Assembly (NCBI GenBank): GCA_963677495.2 | Contig: CAXXOU010000004.1 | Location: forward strand, 384,001 to 448,000 | Length of the DNA: 64,000 bases | Reading direction: 5' to 3' | Source of the DNA: Candidatus Cloacimonadales bacterium | GTDB lineage: Bacteria > Cloacimonadota > Cloacimonadia > Cloacimonadales > JAFGVF01 | In this document: in pieces, positions 20,700 through 30,990 of the stretch | Numbering within the stretch: position 1 is the first letter of the stretch | Layout of the letters: each line of letters opens with the position of its first letter | Notes under the pieces: generated by a model | Told to the model about the DNA's origin: nothing | Database searches by the model: none | Seen by the model: only the letters and a program-made list of their open reading frames with translations | Made by a program: the position numbers and the translations under genes

Positions 20700-20780
20700 T
20701 AGATAACACATTCATGACAGTCTTGGCTCAGAGAAAATAGTTTCAATTGACATTTAATATGCCTAAATAAGTATGATTCC

Positions 20781-22217
20781 ATGAAATGGATATATTTAAA
20801 ACAATGGATAGATGAAATAGATTTACCTAAAACAGGACTTGAGAGTATTACTTCATTTGAAGACCAATACTTGATAAGCTTCAAGAAGCAAAAGAAACAG
20901 TTGCAGGTTAACCTTAACCAAGCTGATTGCTTTATCTTTCAAACAGAAAGGGCGGAGCTTCCGTTCAAGATTGACTCAAAGATAAATAACATATCACAAA
21001 TGCTACTCTCTGCTCGAATCGACTCAATTGAAATTGATGAGAATGACCGCATCATGAAGTTGCATTTCCTTAAACGTGACATTTATAATCAGACAACACA
21101 TTATGTGCTTGTTCTTGAGTTAATTCCTCGCTTTCAGAATATTGTACTCTGTCGGAAGGAGAACGAAAAGCTGATTATTGTTGAAGCTCTTAGGAAGTTT
21201 AGTCTCGCTGAGAATAGTCAACGGCAAATCCTTCTCAATATTGATTATCTTCAACCGGAAACGGACTTCAAAATTAGCAAAGATGTAGAAGAGGAACATA
21301 GTAACATTAACTCATGGTTTGAAAGCCTTTTCTATGATATTGAGTTGCAAAAAAGAGTTGGAAACCTAAAGAAGCAAAAAGTCAATTCTATAAAGCGAAC
21401 TATCAAGAAAACAGAGAAGAAGCTTTCAAAACAGGAAGCAGAGTTGAGCTCAGCAAATAGGCAAGAGGAGTGGCATCAAAAGGCGGAATTGCTAAAGTAC
21501 AGCCTACATTCTATCAAGCCCGGAGCAACTGAACTTGTAACTGTGAACTATTATTCTCCTAATCAGGATGAGATAACTATTAAGCTGTTCCCTGAGAAGA
21601 AACCGCAAGAGAACCTGCAATACTACCTCAAAAAGTATCGCAAAGCACGCTCTGGATTAGAGAGAATCAAGAACAATATCAAAGCTACAAAAGAGGAGAT
21701 TCAACAACTCCGACATGAGCATGAAAGAGTTATTAATATTGATTCCTATACAGAGATGCTGGAAATCTCCGGTAAACGGGGATCAAAGCATAAGAAGCAT
21801 CAACAATCCCTACCTTTCCGTCGTTTGAGAATCAATGCTGATTGGGAGATTATGATTGGTCGTAAAGCACGAGAAAATGATTTGCTTACAACTAGAGTTG
21901 CTAAGTCGAATGACTGGTGGTTCCATACGCGCATTTACCAAGGCACGCATGTTGTGCTCAGAAACTATTCAAAACTAAACCCACCAGATAACCTAATGGA
22001 ATTGTGCTGTCGTCTTGCTGCCTATTACAGTAAAGCTAAGACCTCTGTAAACGTACCTGTCGATTATACCCAAATCAGATATGTAACCAAACCTCGTGGT
22101 GCTGTTCCGGGTTATGTAATCTACAAGAACCAAAAGACAGTTTATGTAAATCCTCTGGATTTCAGAGATGCACGGTCGGCTCTAGAAAAACTAGGTTATA
22201 TAGCTCCTACTGAATAG
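20781..22217 (+). CDS. NFACT family protein (RqcH/FbpA-like)
   Basis: NDRI motif, coiled coil, NFACT-R IGRKARENDLLT..WFH..GTHV..AAYYSK..VPVDYT. Confidence 0.87.
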   Translation: MKWIYLKQWIDEIDLPKTGLESITSFEDQYLISFKKQKKQLQVNLNQADCFIFQTERAELPFKIDSKINNISQMLLSARIDSIEIDENDRIMKLHFLKRDIYNQTTHYVLVLELIPRFQNIVLCRKENEKLIIVEALRKFSLAENSQRQILLNIDYLQPETDFKISKDVEEEHSNINSWFESLFYDIELQKRVGNLKKQKVNSIKRTIKKTEKKLSKQEAELSSANRQEEWHQKAELLKYSLHSIKPGATELVTVNYYSPNQDEITIKLFPEKKPQENLQYYLKKYRKARSGLERIKNNIKATKEEIQQLRHEHERVINIDSYTEMLEISGKRGSKHKKHQQSLPFRRLRINADWEIMIGRKARENDLLTTRVAKSNDWWFHTRIYQGTHVVLRNYSKLNPPDNLMELCCRLAAYYSKAKTSVNVPVDYTQIRYVTKPRGAVPGYVIYKNQKTVYVNPLDFRDARSALEKLGYIAPTE

Positions 22218-22219
22218 AT

Positions 22220-22987
22220 ATGTCTCAGATCTCTACCAGATGCTTTGTTCTTAGACTCACGGATTACAGCGAGACCAGCTACGTTCTTCTTCTCTTAAGT
22301 AAAGAGCATGGTCTCTTTTCTGCTATAGCAAAGGGAGCTAAGCGTCCTAAGAATCGTTTTTCCTCTGTATTTGGGTTACTGAACGAATTTGACGGTGAGT
22401 TTTCGAAATCAGCTAACAGTGAACTCTGGACTGTTGTTGAAGCTAAACCTGTTGAATTTCATCTCTTAAAACAGAAGTATAGTACTGTTCAGCTACTTTC
22501 AGCTGCTGCCGAACTCTATCAACAAAGCATTATTCATGAAGATGAAGCAGGGGAGTTTTACGTTTTACTTGAAAAGTATCTCCGATTCTTACCAACAATC
22601 AAGAAGAATGGAATACTTATCTTTTGGAGGTTCCTGACCAGCTATCTAAAACTCAACGGTATTCCACTGAGTTTTGAAATATGCCCACATTGCAGTACAC
22701 CACTAACTGATAATCTTTGTTATTCCTACAGCCTTGGTGGTTTTGTCTGCCAAAAATGCAGACAGAATGATGGTATTGTCTCCGAACTTATGGGTGTAAG
22801 CTCAGAAGATTATCTATCTTCCATAGAAAGTGATATTCTTAAAAAGCTACCTACTATAGGAAACTACATTGATGAGATTTCTATCCCTCAATCATCAATT
22901 GACAGACTAAACAAACTGTTTCTACACTACATATCTTTCCATTTTCATAAGAAGTTTCATCTGAATAGCCTGAAAGGTTTTAGATAA
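22220..22987 (+). CDS. recO: DNA repair protein RecO
   Basis: DYSETS, AKGAKRPKNRF, CPHC..CQKC zinc finger. Confidence 0.88.
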   Translation: MSQISTRCFVLRLTDYSETSYVLLLLSKEHGLFSAIAKGAKRPKNRFSSVFGLLNEFDGEFSKSANSELWTVVEAKPVEFHLLKQKYSTVQLLSAAAELYQQSIIHEDEAGEFYVLLEKYLRFLPTIKKNGILIFWRFLTSYLKLNGIPLSFEICPHCSTPLTDNLCYSYSLGGFVCQKCRQNDGIVSELMGVSSEDYLSSIESDILKKLPTIGNYIDEISIPQSSIDRLNKLFLHYISFHFHKKFHLNSLKGFR

Positions 22988-23048
22988 CAATAACTGCATT
23001 TCAGGGAGTTTGTCAGAGCGAATGTGAAAACGGACTTCTTGAATTGAA

Positions 23049-23100
23049 CTTTGGAGTGCATCTACTGCGTAGATGCGTCTTGTCACGTAACCCACTTGAT
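23049..23100. repeat. TGGAGT-type REP, partial inverted copy of the REPIN at 34975/39301
   Basis: TGGAGTGCATCTACTGCGTAGATGC...GTAACC; second half-copy at ~23594-23622. Confidence 0.65.
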
Positions 23101-23162
23101 GCGAGCTTGCGACTACGATGCCAAGCGAAATATAGCAGAATAATTTTTAGTCACTGAACTAG

Positions 23163-23253
23163 ATTTCGCAATTCCCCATACTCCCGTTGGTCGTACAGGT
23201 GACCTCTTCTGAATTTCGCATTTTCCCGAACTCCCGTTGGTCTAAATGGTGAC
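23163..23253. repeat. Tandem ~50-bp REP-like repeat
   Basis: ATTTCGCA.TT.CCC..ACTCCCGTTGGTC..A..GGTGAC twice. Confidence 0.65.
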
Positions 23254-23590
23254 TGCTACATAATTACATACACAGTGCGATTACCAATAACTTACAACGT
23301 TGGAGTCATAACGAGTTTACGAGTTGGACTCATAGCGTTGTACCTTTGCCACTTTTCGCTATTCGCCCATCTCCCTTTGGTCGCTATTGCTACAGCTTCA
23401 GTTTACTCACACAGTGTCATTTGCAATAACTTAGCTACATTTCTTGCCCTTTTTACTCTCTTTCACTGCTCTATCCATCAACGCACTGTGCACGCACTGT
23501 GATACCACTGTGAAGGCACTGCCAACCCACTGTTTCACTGGGTGCACAGTGCGTGCACAGTGGGAAAACAGTGGGATGACTGCGTTTTGG
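23244..23590. repeat. ~345-bp dispersed repeat, copy B (inverted relative to copy A)
   Basis: Reverse complement matches 14918-15265 including the 11-bp array. Confidence 0.9.
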
Positions 23591-23737
23591 TTTATGGATT
23601 GCATCAACTGCGTAGATGTAACAGACTATCTTTGCGATGTATGTCCGAGTTTAAATCATTTGACATAAAAATAATAGCTGGTAATAATCGTTCCTAGATC
23701 TTTAAACGTGATGCTTTCACAACTAACTTAGGAGGAT

Positions 23738-26416
23738 ATGATGACGAAAAGTTATCTGCTTCCATTGGTTATATCCCTTTTGTCGACAATACTAATGGCA
23801 GACGGAATACAACCAATCGGGGCCGGAACCGAGTCTGATCCCTATCAGGTGGAGATTCTGGATAATCTACTTTGGATTACCACAAATCCTGATTCTTGGG
23901 ACAGCCACTTTATACAAACAAATGATATTGATGCTATTACTACGCAAAACTGGTACGATGGTGATGGGTATAATCCAATCGGTGTACTTAATCTAACATC
24001 ATGGAATGTTGATTCCATTGTAACATCAGGAGTTCCTTTTACAGGCTCATACGATGGACAAGGATTTTCAATAAGTAATATTATATGCAACTCAAATCCT
24101 CAAGGTGATATAATTGCATTGTTTAGCTATACTGAAGATGCAACTATTAAAGATGTTCATATCAACTCATTAACAAATCAAACACACAAACAAACAGCCG
24201 GGATAGTTGGACATGCAATTGATTCCACAATTGAAGATTGCTCTTTTAGTGGATCTATGACTAAAACAGATAACAACAATATTGGATGTGCAGGTATTGT
24301 TTGGTTTGCTCAAAACAGTTTAATATCCAGATGTACGAATGATGGAGAGACTAATAGTCGTAGTTGGTATGGCATTTCTTACTACATTGACAATACTGAT
24401 ATTGAGTACTGCTCTGTGAATCTAAATATAGACACTCTAATGTCTTGCTATGGCTTTGTAGATCATTGCTTGAATTTAAGTACAATATCGTTTTGTGAAT
24501 CTACAGTAAACTCTAGTATTAGATTGTGGTATTATGCTGGCTTTGTTAATCTGTTAAACCATTCTAGAATAGAGGATTGTGTAATTAATTCGGGAGCTAT
24601 TGATTGTGCTGAAGGTGCTGGGATAGCCCTTACAATGACCAACCATTCAAGAGTTATTGATTGTACGAATAATGGAAATCTATACGGTGATCGTCGTTTA
24701 GCTGGAATCGCATCAAGGTGTTTCTTAAACAGTGTAATATCAAACTGTATTAATAATGGGGATCTTCTCCCATCTCAATATTCCTGGCTCGTAACAAGAG
24801 CGTCTGGTATTGCTATATCTGTATCTGATAGTAGAATTGATTACTGTACTAACAATGGGAATCTAAATTCTTATGAAGGAGCTGGAATTGTAAATGGAAT
24901 TACAAGTTATGGTATTATTGAAAATTGTGTAAACAATGGAGAAATTGTTGGTAGTACAGTAGGAGGTATAGTTAACAATTGTAATGTTTCCAATATACGT
25001 TATTGCGTAAACAATGGAAACATCATCTCTTACATCTCAGGAGGAGGTGTTTGCCAAACAGCAAGTGGAAGCAGTCATATAGAGGAATGTGTAAATTATG
25101 GGAATTTATCCCATTCCAATAATGGAGATTGGACTATTGAAGCATTAGGTGGTATAATATCAGTGATAGAAAATGGTGTTAGTATTACTAAATGTATCAA
25201 CTATGGAGATATTGCATCGTTGCTCAAAGGGGGAGCTTTGATAGGTTCGTTAAATGGTTATGATATTAACATATCTAACTCATACTATGGGAGAACTCAA
25301 AGCGAAGTAGTAGCTTCTGAACTATGTTTAATAGGAAGAACTGAAGACTATCTGTTTAGCGAATGGGAAGAAAACGGTTATTGCTTAAATCCTAGTGATT
25401 ATTTTCAGTTATCTGATGGTGACAGTTTTGTATTAAGTTGTCCGGATGATATCAGAAAACTATCAGTATTTTCAGAAGAGGGATATTCTTTTAGCATTTC
25501 AGAAGATATAGATTTATCTACTTTACCAGATACATTTCTTCCTTACTTCCAAGGAAAGATTGAAGGCAATGGTCGGAAAATCAGCAGTTTAAATATTGCG
25601 GATAACAGATATAACAATATAGGTTTCATAGGTATATTGAACCAAGCAGAGATTACCAAACTTGGAGTTACAGACTTTTTTTATCAAGGTAATAAGTACG
25701 CAGGTGGCTTTACATCAGTTTCATCAAATAGCATGATTGAGAATTGTTATGCCAAAGGTACAATTGACAGCACATTGGATGTTGGTGGTTTTGTATATAC
25801 TAACGCTTCAAGTGTCTCTAAATGCTACTCAGCATGCACATTGCCCATACTAGAAAATACATCTGGTTTTTGTCATTTAAACGATGGCACTATCACCAAC
25901 TCCTTCTGGGACATGGAAGTATCAGGGATAGATCATAGCGATGGAGGAGAGGGTAAAACCAATTTAGAGATGAGACAGTATAACACATATTTCTTATCAG
26001 GTTGGGATTTCACTAATGAAACTGTGAATGGAGAAGAGAATATCTGGTTCATTCATCCTCAAGTAAATGATGGATATCCTCATCATATAGTGCAAGAGGT
26101 TGTTTCAAATAATGAGCAAGTTCTCGAAACTACAAACAGAGCAACTCAACTAATAGGTAACTACCCGAATCCCTTTAATCCTGAAACTACTATCGAGTTT
26201 AACTCAGATAAGAATCAGCAGATAGAAATCACAGTTTATAACATAAAAGGTCAGAAAGTGAAAACAGTAACTGACCAGACTTTTGGAGAGGGTAAACATA
26301 AAGTAGTCTGGACCGGAATCGATGATTCCGGTCTCCCTGTTAGTAGTGGATACTATCTCTGCCGTCTTAAAAACAGAGATAGTACAGATCTTAAGAAACT
26401 TTTACTGATGCAGTAG
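23738..26416 (+). CDS. Secreted GLUG-motif/beta-helix protein with FlgD/T9SS-like CTD
   Basis: Signal peptide, GAGTESDPYQ, repeated CxNNG turns, GNYPNPFNPETTI CTD. Confidence 0.87.
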   Translation: MMTKSYLLPLVISLLSTILMADGIQPIGAGTESDPYQVEILDNLLWITTNPDSWDSHFIQTNDIDAITTQNWYDGDGYNPIGVLNLTSWNVDSIVTSGVPFTGSYDGQGFSISNIICNSNPQGDIIALFSYTEDATIKDVHINSLTNQTHKQTAGIVGHAIDSTIEDCSFSGSMTKTDNNNIGCAGIVWFAQNSLISRCTNDGETNSRSWYGISYYIDNTDIEYCSVNLNIDTLMSCYGFVDHCLNLSTISFCESTVNSSIRLWYYAGFVNLLNHSRIEDCVINSGAIDCAEGAGIALTMTNHSRVIDCTNNGNLYGDRRLAGIASRCFLNSVISNCINNGDLLPSQYSWLVTRASGIAISVSDSRIDYCTNNGNLNSYEGAGIVNGITSYGIIENCVNNGEIVGSTVGGIVNNCNVSNIRYCVNNGNIISYISGGGVCQTASGSSHIEECVNYGNLSHSNNGDWTIEALGGIISVIENGVSITKCINYGDIASLLKGGALIGSLNGYDINISNSYYGRTQSEVVASELCLIGRTEDYLFSEWEENGYCLNPSDYFQLSDGDSFVLSCPDDIRKLSVFSEEGYSFSISEDIDLSTLPDTFLPYFQGKIEGNGRKISSLNIADNRYNNIGFIGILNQAEITKLGVTDFFYQGNKYAGGFTSVSSNSMIENCYAKGTIDSTLDVGGFVYTNASSVSKCYSACTLPILENTSGFCHLNDGTITNSFWDMEVSGIDHSDGGEGKTNLEMRQYNTYFLSGWDFTNETVNGEENIWFIHPQVNDGYPHHIVQEVVSNNEQVLETTNRATQLIGNYPNPFNPETTIEFNSDKNQQIEITVYNIKGQKVKTVTDQTFGEGKHKVVWTGIDDSGLPVSSGYYLCRLKNRDSTDLKKLLLMQ

Positions 26417-26431
26417 CGGATCTACCTCATC

Positions 26432-26470
26432 AATCCACCTGGTAAGGGGTCGAGACTTATCAGGTGGATT
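26432..26470. repeat. Hairpin between convergent genes (terminator or REP)
   Basis: AATCCACCTGGTAAG / CTTATCAGGTGGATT; no U-tract. Confidence 0.55.
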
Positions 26471-26588
26471 CCCAAATTTATCAATAAGAGATAGTTTGTC
26501 TGTTAGTACAATCTTTATGAAGTATGGCTACTTTAGGAAGTTATTCATTAAACAAGCTTCTCTTAAATATTGTAATATGTTCTACTAG

Positions 26589-28460
26589 CTATTTAATCTT
26601 CAAAATCCTTTTAGTAATATAATTATTTTCTGAAGTCATTTGAATAAAGTAATAACCGGTCTTTACTTCTATTCCATATTTATTCCTACCATCCCAATTT
26701 AGCATATAATCACCAGAAGAATATGTTGGAAAACTCATTACTTTCTGACCTCTTAAGTTATAAATAGAGATTTCTGCTTGGTCGTAGTCTGCGACTTTCA
26801 AACTAAACTGAAAATTCGAAGTAAATGGAGAAGGATATGGATTTGTAATATAAGATTTTGCACAAAGAGCAGGTTGCTCAATAACACCATTCGGAGTAAT
26901 CCCCCCAGTAGTGAAGTGCCATAAACCACCCCAGTACTCGTTTTCTGCACTAATTGCTTTAACTTTCCACCAGTATTCAGTATATGGCTGCAGTTCTAGT
27001 GGATAAATATATGTGTTTTCTATTACATTTTCTCCTATCCCAATATAGGCTAGACTATCTGCTGAATTACCTAGATAGATTTCATAAGTAGCAACAATGT
27101 CAAAGTTTCCGTACCAAGAAAGTGTTCTTCCTACTGGTACATTGACCTCATCTCTAAATGGAATTGGGTAACATGGTGCGAAGTAGTTTATATCATAATC
27201 ATAATGTAGATAGTTCCAGTTCCAATCGATAATATCGATGTGCTCATTCTGTGCTTCTAGAGAAAGTGGATTAGACTGCAAAGTAATTCTTGCATTAAAC
27301 AGCTCCTGATTTGAAGCAAGATATGAAATGTCAGTTATCTCATTATGATCTAAAAACAGCCAATTCAATTCTCCAAAATCTGACAAACACGATATATCTG
27401 ATATATTGTTTCCACGAAGATTCAAAGTACCAATATCTACGAAACCAGCTAAACATGAAATATCAGATATCTGATTGTAACTAAGTCCTAAATCTCTAGG
27501 ATCGGAAAGTTCGGATAGGAATGATATGTCATTTACATGATTATTATCTATTCTTAACGTACTTAACTCAGTCAGAACTGATAAACAAGACACATCTGTT
27601 AACTGATTATTTTGGAGAAATAAACTATGTAATTCAGAAAGATCTGTCAAACATGAGACATCTGATATCTGATTATTAGATATCCACAGTAGAGTTAGCT
27701 CATACAATGTAGATAAGGGAGTTACATCTGAAATTAAATTATCAGATAGCCATAATAAACTTAAGTTGGACATCCCAGAAAGAGGAGAAATGCTGGAGAT
27801 TAGATTATCTCGAAGATCTAATGTTCTTAAATTAGTTAAATATTGTAATGAGGAGATATCTTCAATTTGATTACTATTTAATTTGAGCCACTGCATATTG
27901 ACAAATGATGAGAGAATAGAGATATCTCTTATATAATTCTGAGTCAAAATAAGTTCCACGAGTTCAGTCATCCCCGATAAATAGAATATATCTGTTGTCC
28001 TGCTTCCACAAAAACCTGTTCTGTTCAAAGACAAACTTCGTAAATTAGTTAATCCGGAAAGGTATGAAAAATCCGTTATCTGACTCTCCGATATATTAAG
28101 GGTCTCAAGATTGACTAAAGATTCCAAAGGTGAAATATCAGATATATTATTTTGTTGAAGATCTAAATACTCTAGGTTTGTTAAGCCAGATAATGGTGAT
28201 ATATCGGAAATATCATTATCACCAAAGTATAAGTAAGTTACATTTATTAGGTACTGTGCTCCTTCAATTGATGATATATCTAAATCCCAACAATCTAAAT
28301 GACCTGCTAAAGAGTTTAAGTCAGTGATTGTAGGACTATAGTTATCGAGATGTCCTGTGGCGCGAGCTAAAAAGACTCTAAAATTCCTATCGGGCACTAT
28401 ATGAGAAAACAGATAAGAAGTGAACAGAATGCATATTAGAACGATTATTGTTTTCTTCAT
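26589..28460 (-). CDS. Secreted internalin-like leucine-rich-repeat protein with CTD
   Basis: Signal peptide; 22-aa LxxLxLxxNxISDISPL repeats; PYPSPF..IYNLRGQKV CTD. Confidence 0.9.
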   Translation of the reverse strand: MKKTIIVLICILFTSYLFSHIVPDRNFRVFLARATGHLDNYSPTITDLNSLAGHLDCWDLDISSIEGAQYLINVTYLYFGDNDISDISPLSGLTNLEYLDLQQNNISDISPLESLVNLETLNISESQITDFSYLSGLTNLRSLSLNRTGFCGSRTTDIFYLSGMTELVELILTQNYIRDISILSSFVNMQWLKLNSNQIEDISSLQYLTNLRTLDLRDNLISSISPLSGMSNLSLLWLSDNLISDVTPLSTLYELTLLWISNNQISDVSCLTDLSELHSLFLQNNQLTDVSCLSVLTELSTLRIDNNHVNDISFLSELSDPRDLGLSYNQISDISCLAGFVDIGTLNLRGNNISDISCLSDFGELNWLFLDHNEITDISYLASNQELFNARITLQSNPLSLEAQNEHIDIIDWNWNYLHYDYDINYFAPCYPIPFRDEVNVPVGRTLSWYGNFDIVATYEIYLGNSADSLAYIGIGENVIENTYIYPLELQPYTEYWWKVKAISAENEYWGGLWHFTTGGITPNGVIEQPALCAKSYITNPYPSPFTSNFQFSLKVADYDQAEISIYNLRGQKVMSFPTYSSGDYMLNWDGRNKYGIEVKTGYYFIQMTSENNYITKRILKIK

Positions 28461-28724
28461 GAGAAACCTCCAACTACTTCGGAATATAGTTAGATATTAT
28501 ATTATGTCAAGCATATTATTCAGTTAAGAATGTTACTATGATCCTAAGACCGAAATTGGATTATCTTATCTAATAAAATGAGTTTCGGCAAATAAATAGT
28601 AATTTATGTAATCAAAATGTACGAATGCATTTTCATATGTAGTAATGATACCCTTTTATTGCAAAATCCTTGCACAATCTGCAGTTAGTTTATTCTTGGT
28701 TCTAATCTTAGCAATGGAGAAGAT

Positions 28725-30716
28725 TTGAAAATGAAACCTGAATTATTATTACCTGCCGGAAACATAGAAGCTTTAGCTGCAGCCATCGATGGTGGTGCTG
28801 ATGCTGTATATCTTGGAATAGATAGATTTAATGCCAGAAACAGAGCTGTGAACTTTAAGCTCTTTGAATTAACATCACTCGTTGATTATGCCCATAAACA
28901 TAACACAAAAATATATCTTACACTCAATACCCTCATCAAAAACAATGAGTTGATGCAACTTGCCAACACTATACATATGTTAGGACAAACAGGTGTGGAT
29001 GCGTTCATTATTCAAGACTGGGCAGTGTATTCTCTTGCAAAAAGACTTACAGAGGTGGAGATACATGCCAGCACACAGATGGGTTTTCACAACTCTGCAG
29101 GTGCAAATCTTTGCGAAACTCTCAAAATGCCACGAGTGATTCTAGCTCGTGAGCTCACGATACCAGAGATGAAGGCAGTTAATGATGAATCTAACATAGA
29201 GCTTGAAACTTTTGTGCATGGTGCTCTATGCTATTCATTCTCAGGTAAATGTCTCTTTAGTAGTTATTGTGGTGGTATGAGTGCTAATCGTGGGCAGTGT
29301 CGACAGCCATGTCGTAGAATATACCAGAATAAGAAGGATAGTGCATATCTCTTTAGTTTGAAAGATTTGGAAGCAATTGAAATGGTCCCTAAACTCGCTG
29401 AGATTGGAGTCAAAAGCCTTAAGATCGAGGGGCGTATGAAACGTCCTGAATATGTGTATCGTGTTGCAAAAGCTTACCGTATGGTGATTGATGACCCTAC
29501 TAAGATAGAAGAAGCTAAGCTTATACTACAAGATGACTATGCACGTGAGAAAACAGGTTACTTCATGGGTGGAAACATCAAAGAAGCAATCGGCTCGGAA
29601 GTTTTTACAGGCAAACGAATTGGTGAAGTTACAGTTACAGGTAAGAAAGTTCTAACTATGGTTCTTGACTTCCCGCTCGAGAAGGGATCATTGATAAGGG
29701 TTAGACCGGTTGATGGTAGAGATGCTCCTCCAATCAAAGTGAAGCAGATGATTGATGCTGAAACCGGTGAAGTTACTGAATATGCTGGAGCCGGGGATCA
29801 GGTTTATATACCTGATATTGATATGTACGTTAGAAGAGGAGAGCAAATCTACCTTGTCTCCGATAACAGCTACAGACCTCCACGCATAAGAGTAAAGAAT
29901 AGTAAACGATTATCACAATTATCGCAAGAGGAGCAACGTAAACTTGTTTCAGATTTAAGATATAAAACTACAGGTATCCCCAAAGGTCTTTTTTTACGTA
30001 TAAATGATCAGAAATGGTTAGATGTACTGGATGTTCGTAAGTTTGCCGGTGTGATCATGAGAATTGAGTTTGATAAGACTCTCCAAGTTCCTCAGCTTAA
30101 ATCCAGTTTGCTGAAGAACATCTATCTGGAACTGCCATACTTTATACCTGAATATAACATAGAACAGGTAAAAGATGTATTGGAACAGCTTGTTTCTATG
30201 GGCTATTACAACTACTCACTAAGCAGTGTAAGCCAGAAAGAGCTTTTCCCGAATGAGAAAAGTCTTGTCTTCATAACTAACGAAAAAGAGTATTGCCTTA
30301 ACGATTTGAGTATTGATTTCTTACAACGTCAGAATATTGCTTCTGTGATTTACCCACTTGAAAACGATTTTCCGAATCTTTCTCAATACAAGCTTAAAAC
30401 AGGTATAGTACCAATCTATTTCTATCCTGAGCTTTTTGTGAGTAGAATGCCTGTTTACTCTGATGAGTTTAGGGATGAGGATAACAAGTACAATATCGAC
30501 CATAGAAGTGGTATTACCTACGTTTTACCTAAACACCCTGTGGCAGTATTCAATCTTAAGAAGAGACTCCAGGATAAGGGTTTTAGAAGCTTCCTGATTG
30601 ATCTGTCATACACTAAGCCGGGAAATAACCTGATTAAACAGCTACTTAACTTTTACGGCAAAGGAACTAACCCACCAAACACAACAAGGTTTAACTACAA
30701 AAAAGGACTTTGGTAA
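28725..30716 (+). CDS. Peptidase U32 family protein (RlhA-like RNA hydroxylase)
   Basis: PELLLPAG, GADAVYLG, HGALCYSFSGKC, NRGQCRQPCR, KIEGRMK; start may be ATG 28731. Confidence 0.88.
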   Translation: MKMKPELLLPAGNIEALAAAIDGGADAVYLGIDRFNARNRAVNFKLFELTSLVDYAHKHNTKIYLTLNTLIKNNELMQLANTIHMLGQTGVDAFIIQDWAVYSLAKRLTEVEIHASTQMGFHNSAGANLCETLKMPRVILARELTIPEMKAVNDESNIELETFVHGALCYSFSGKCLFSSYCGGMSANRGQCRQPCRRIYQNKKDSAYLFSLKDLEAIEMVPKLAEIGVKSLKIEGRMKRPEYVYRVAKAYRMVIDDPTKIEEAKLILQDDYAREKTGYFMGGNIKEAIGSEVFTGKRIGEVTVTGKKVLTMVLDFPLEKGSLIRVRPVDGRDAPPIKVKQMIDAETGEVTEYAGAGDQVYIPDIDMYVRRGEQIYLVSDNSYRPPRIRVKNSKRLSQLSQEEQRKLVSDLRYKTTGIPKGLFLRINDQKWLDVLDVRKFAGVIMRIEFDKTLQVPQLKSSLLKNIYLELPYFIPEYNIEQVKDVLEQLVSMGYYNYSLSSVSQKELFPNEKSLVFITNEKEYCLNDLSIDFLQRQNIASVIYPLENDFPNLSQYKLKTGIVPIYFYPELFVSRMPVYSDEFRDEDNKYNIDHRSGITYVLPKHPVAVFNLKKRLQDKGFRSFLIDLSYTKPGNNLIKQLLNFYGKGTNPPNTTRFNYKKGLW

Positions 30717-30717
30717 T

Positions 30718-30985
30718 GTAGTCCGATCACCCTTGATCGGACTTAAGTTGCACTTCCACCCACCTTTGGAATGGTCGAAGACCTTGCAAATGGTGAGTTC
30801 GTAGGACACTCTGCCAGCTAGTCAGATTAGCGGAGCTAAGCAATTCCACGCTTAGAGGTATCGTTTTCACGACGAAGTGTTTCTTCCTTCGAAGTGTACC
30901 ATTTGCAAGGTCTTCGACCATTCCAAAGGTACGGATAAGCTGATCATGAGGACCGGGAAGCGGACAGGATGTCCGCGAACCCAGT
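30718..30985. repeat. Cluster of nested REP-like elements including a perfect 33-bp inverted repeat
   Basis: ACCTTTGGAATGGTCGAAGACCTTGCAAATGGT 30762-30794 / reverse complement 30898-30930; GTAG-led hairpins at 30718 and 30801; GCGGACAGGATGTCCGC at 30960. Confidence 0.85.
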
Positions 30986-30990
30986 TAAAG

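Noticed and set aside
20781..22217. NFACT gene as a pseudogene because it is short
   Set aside because: Frame is intact with both the DR motif and NFACT-R domain; a compact variant is more likely
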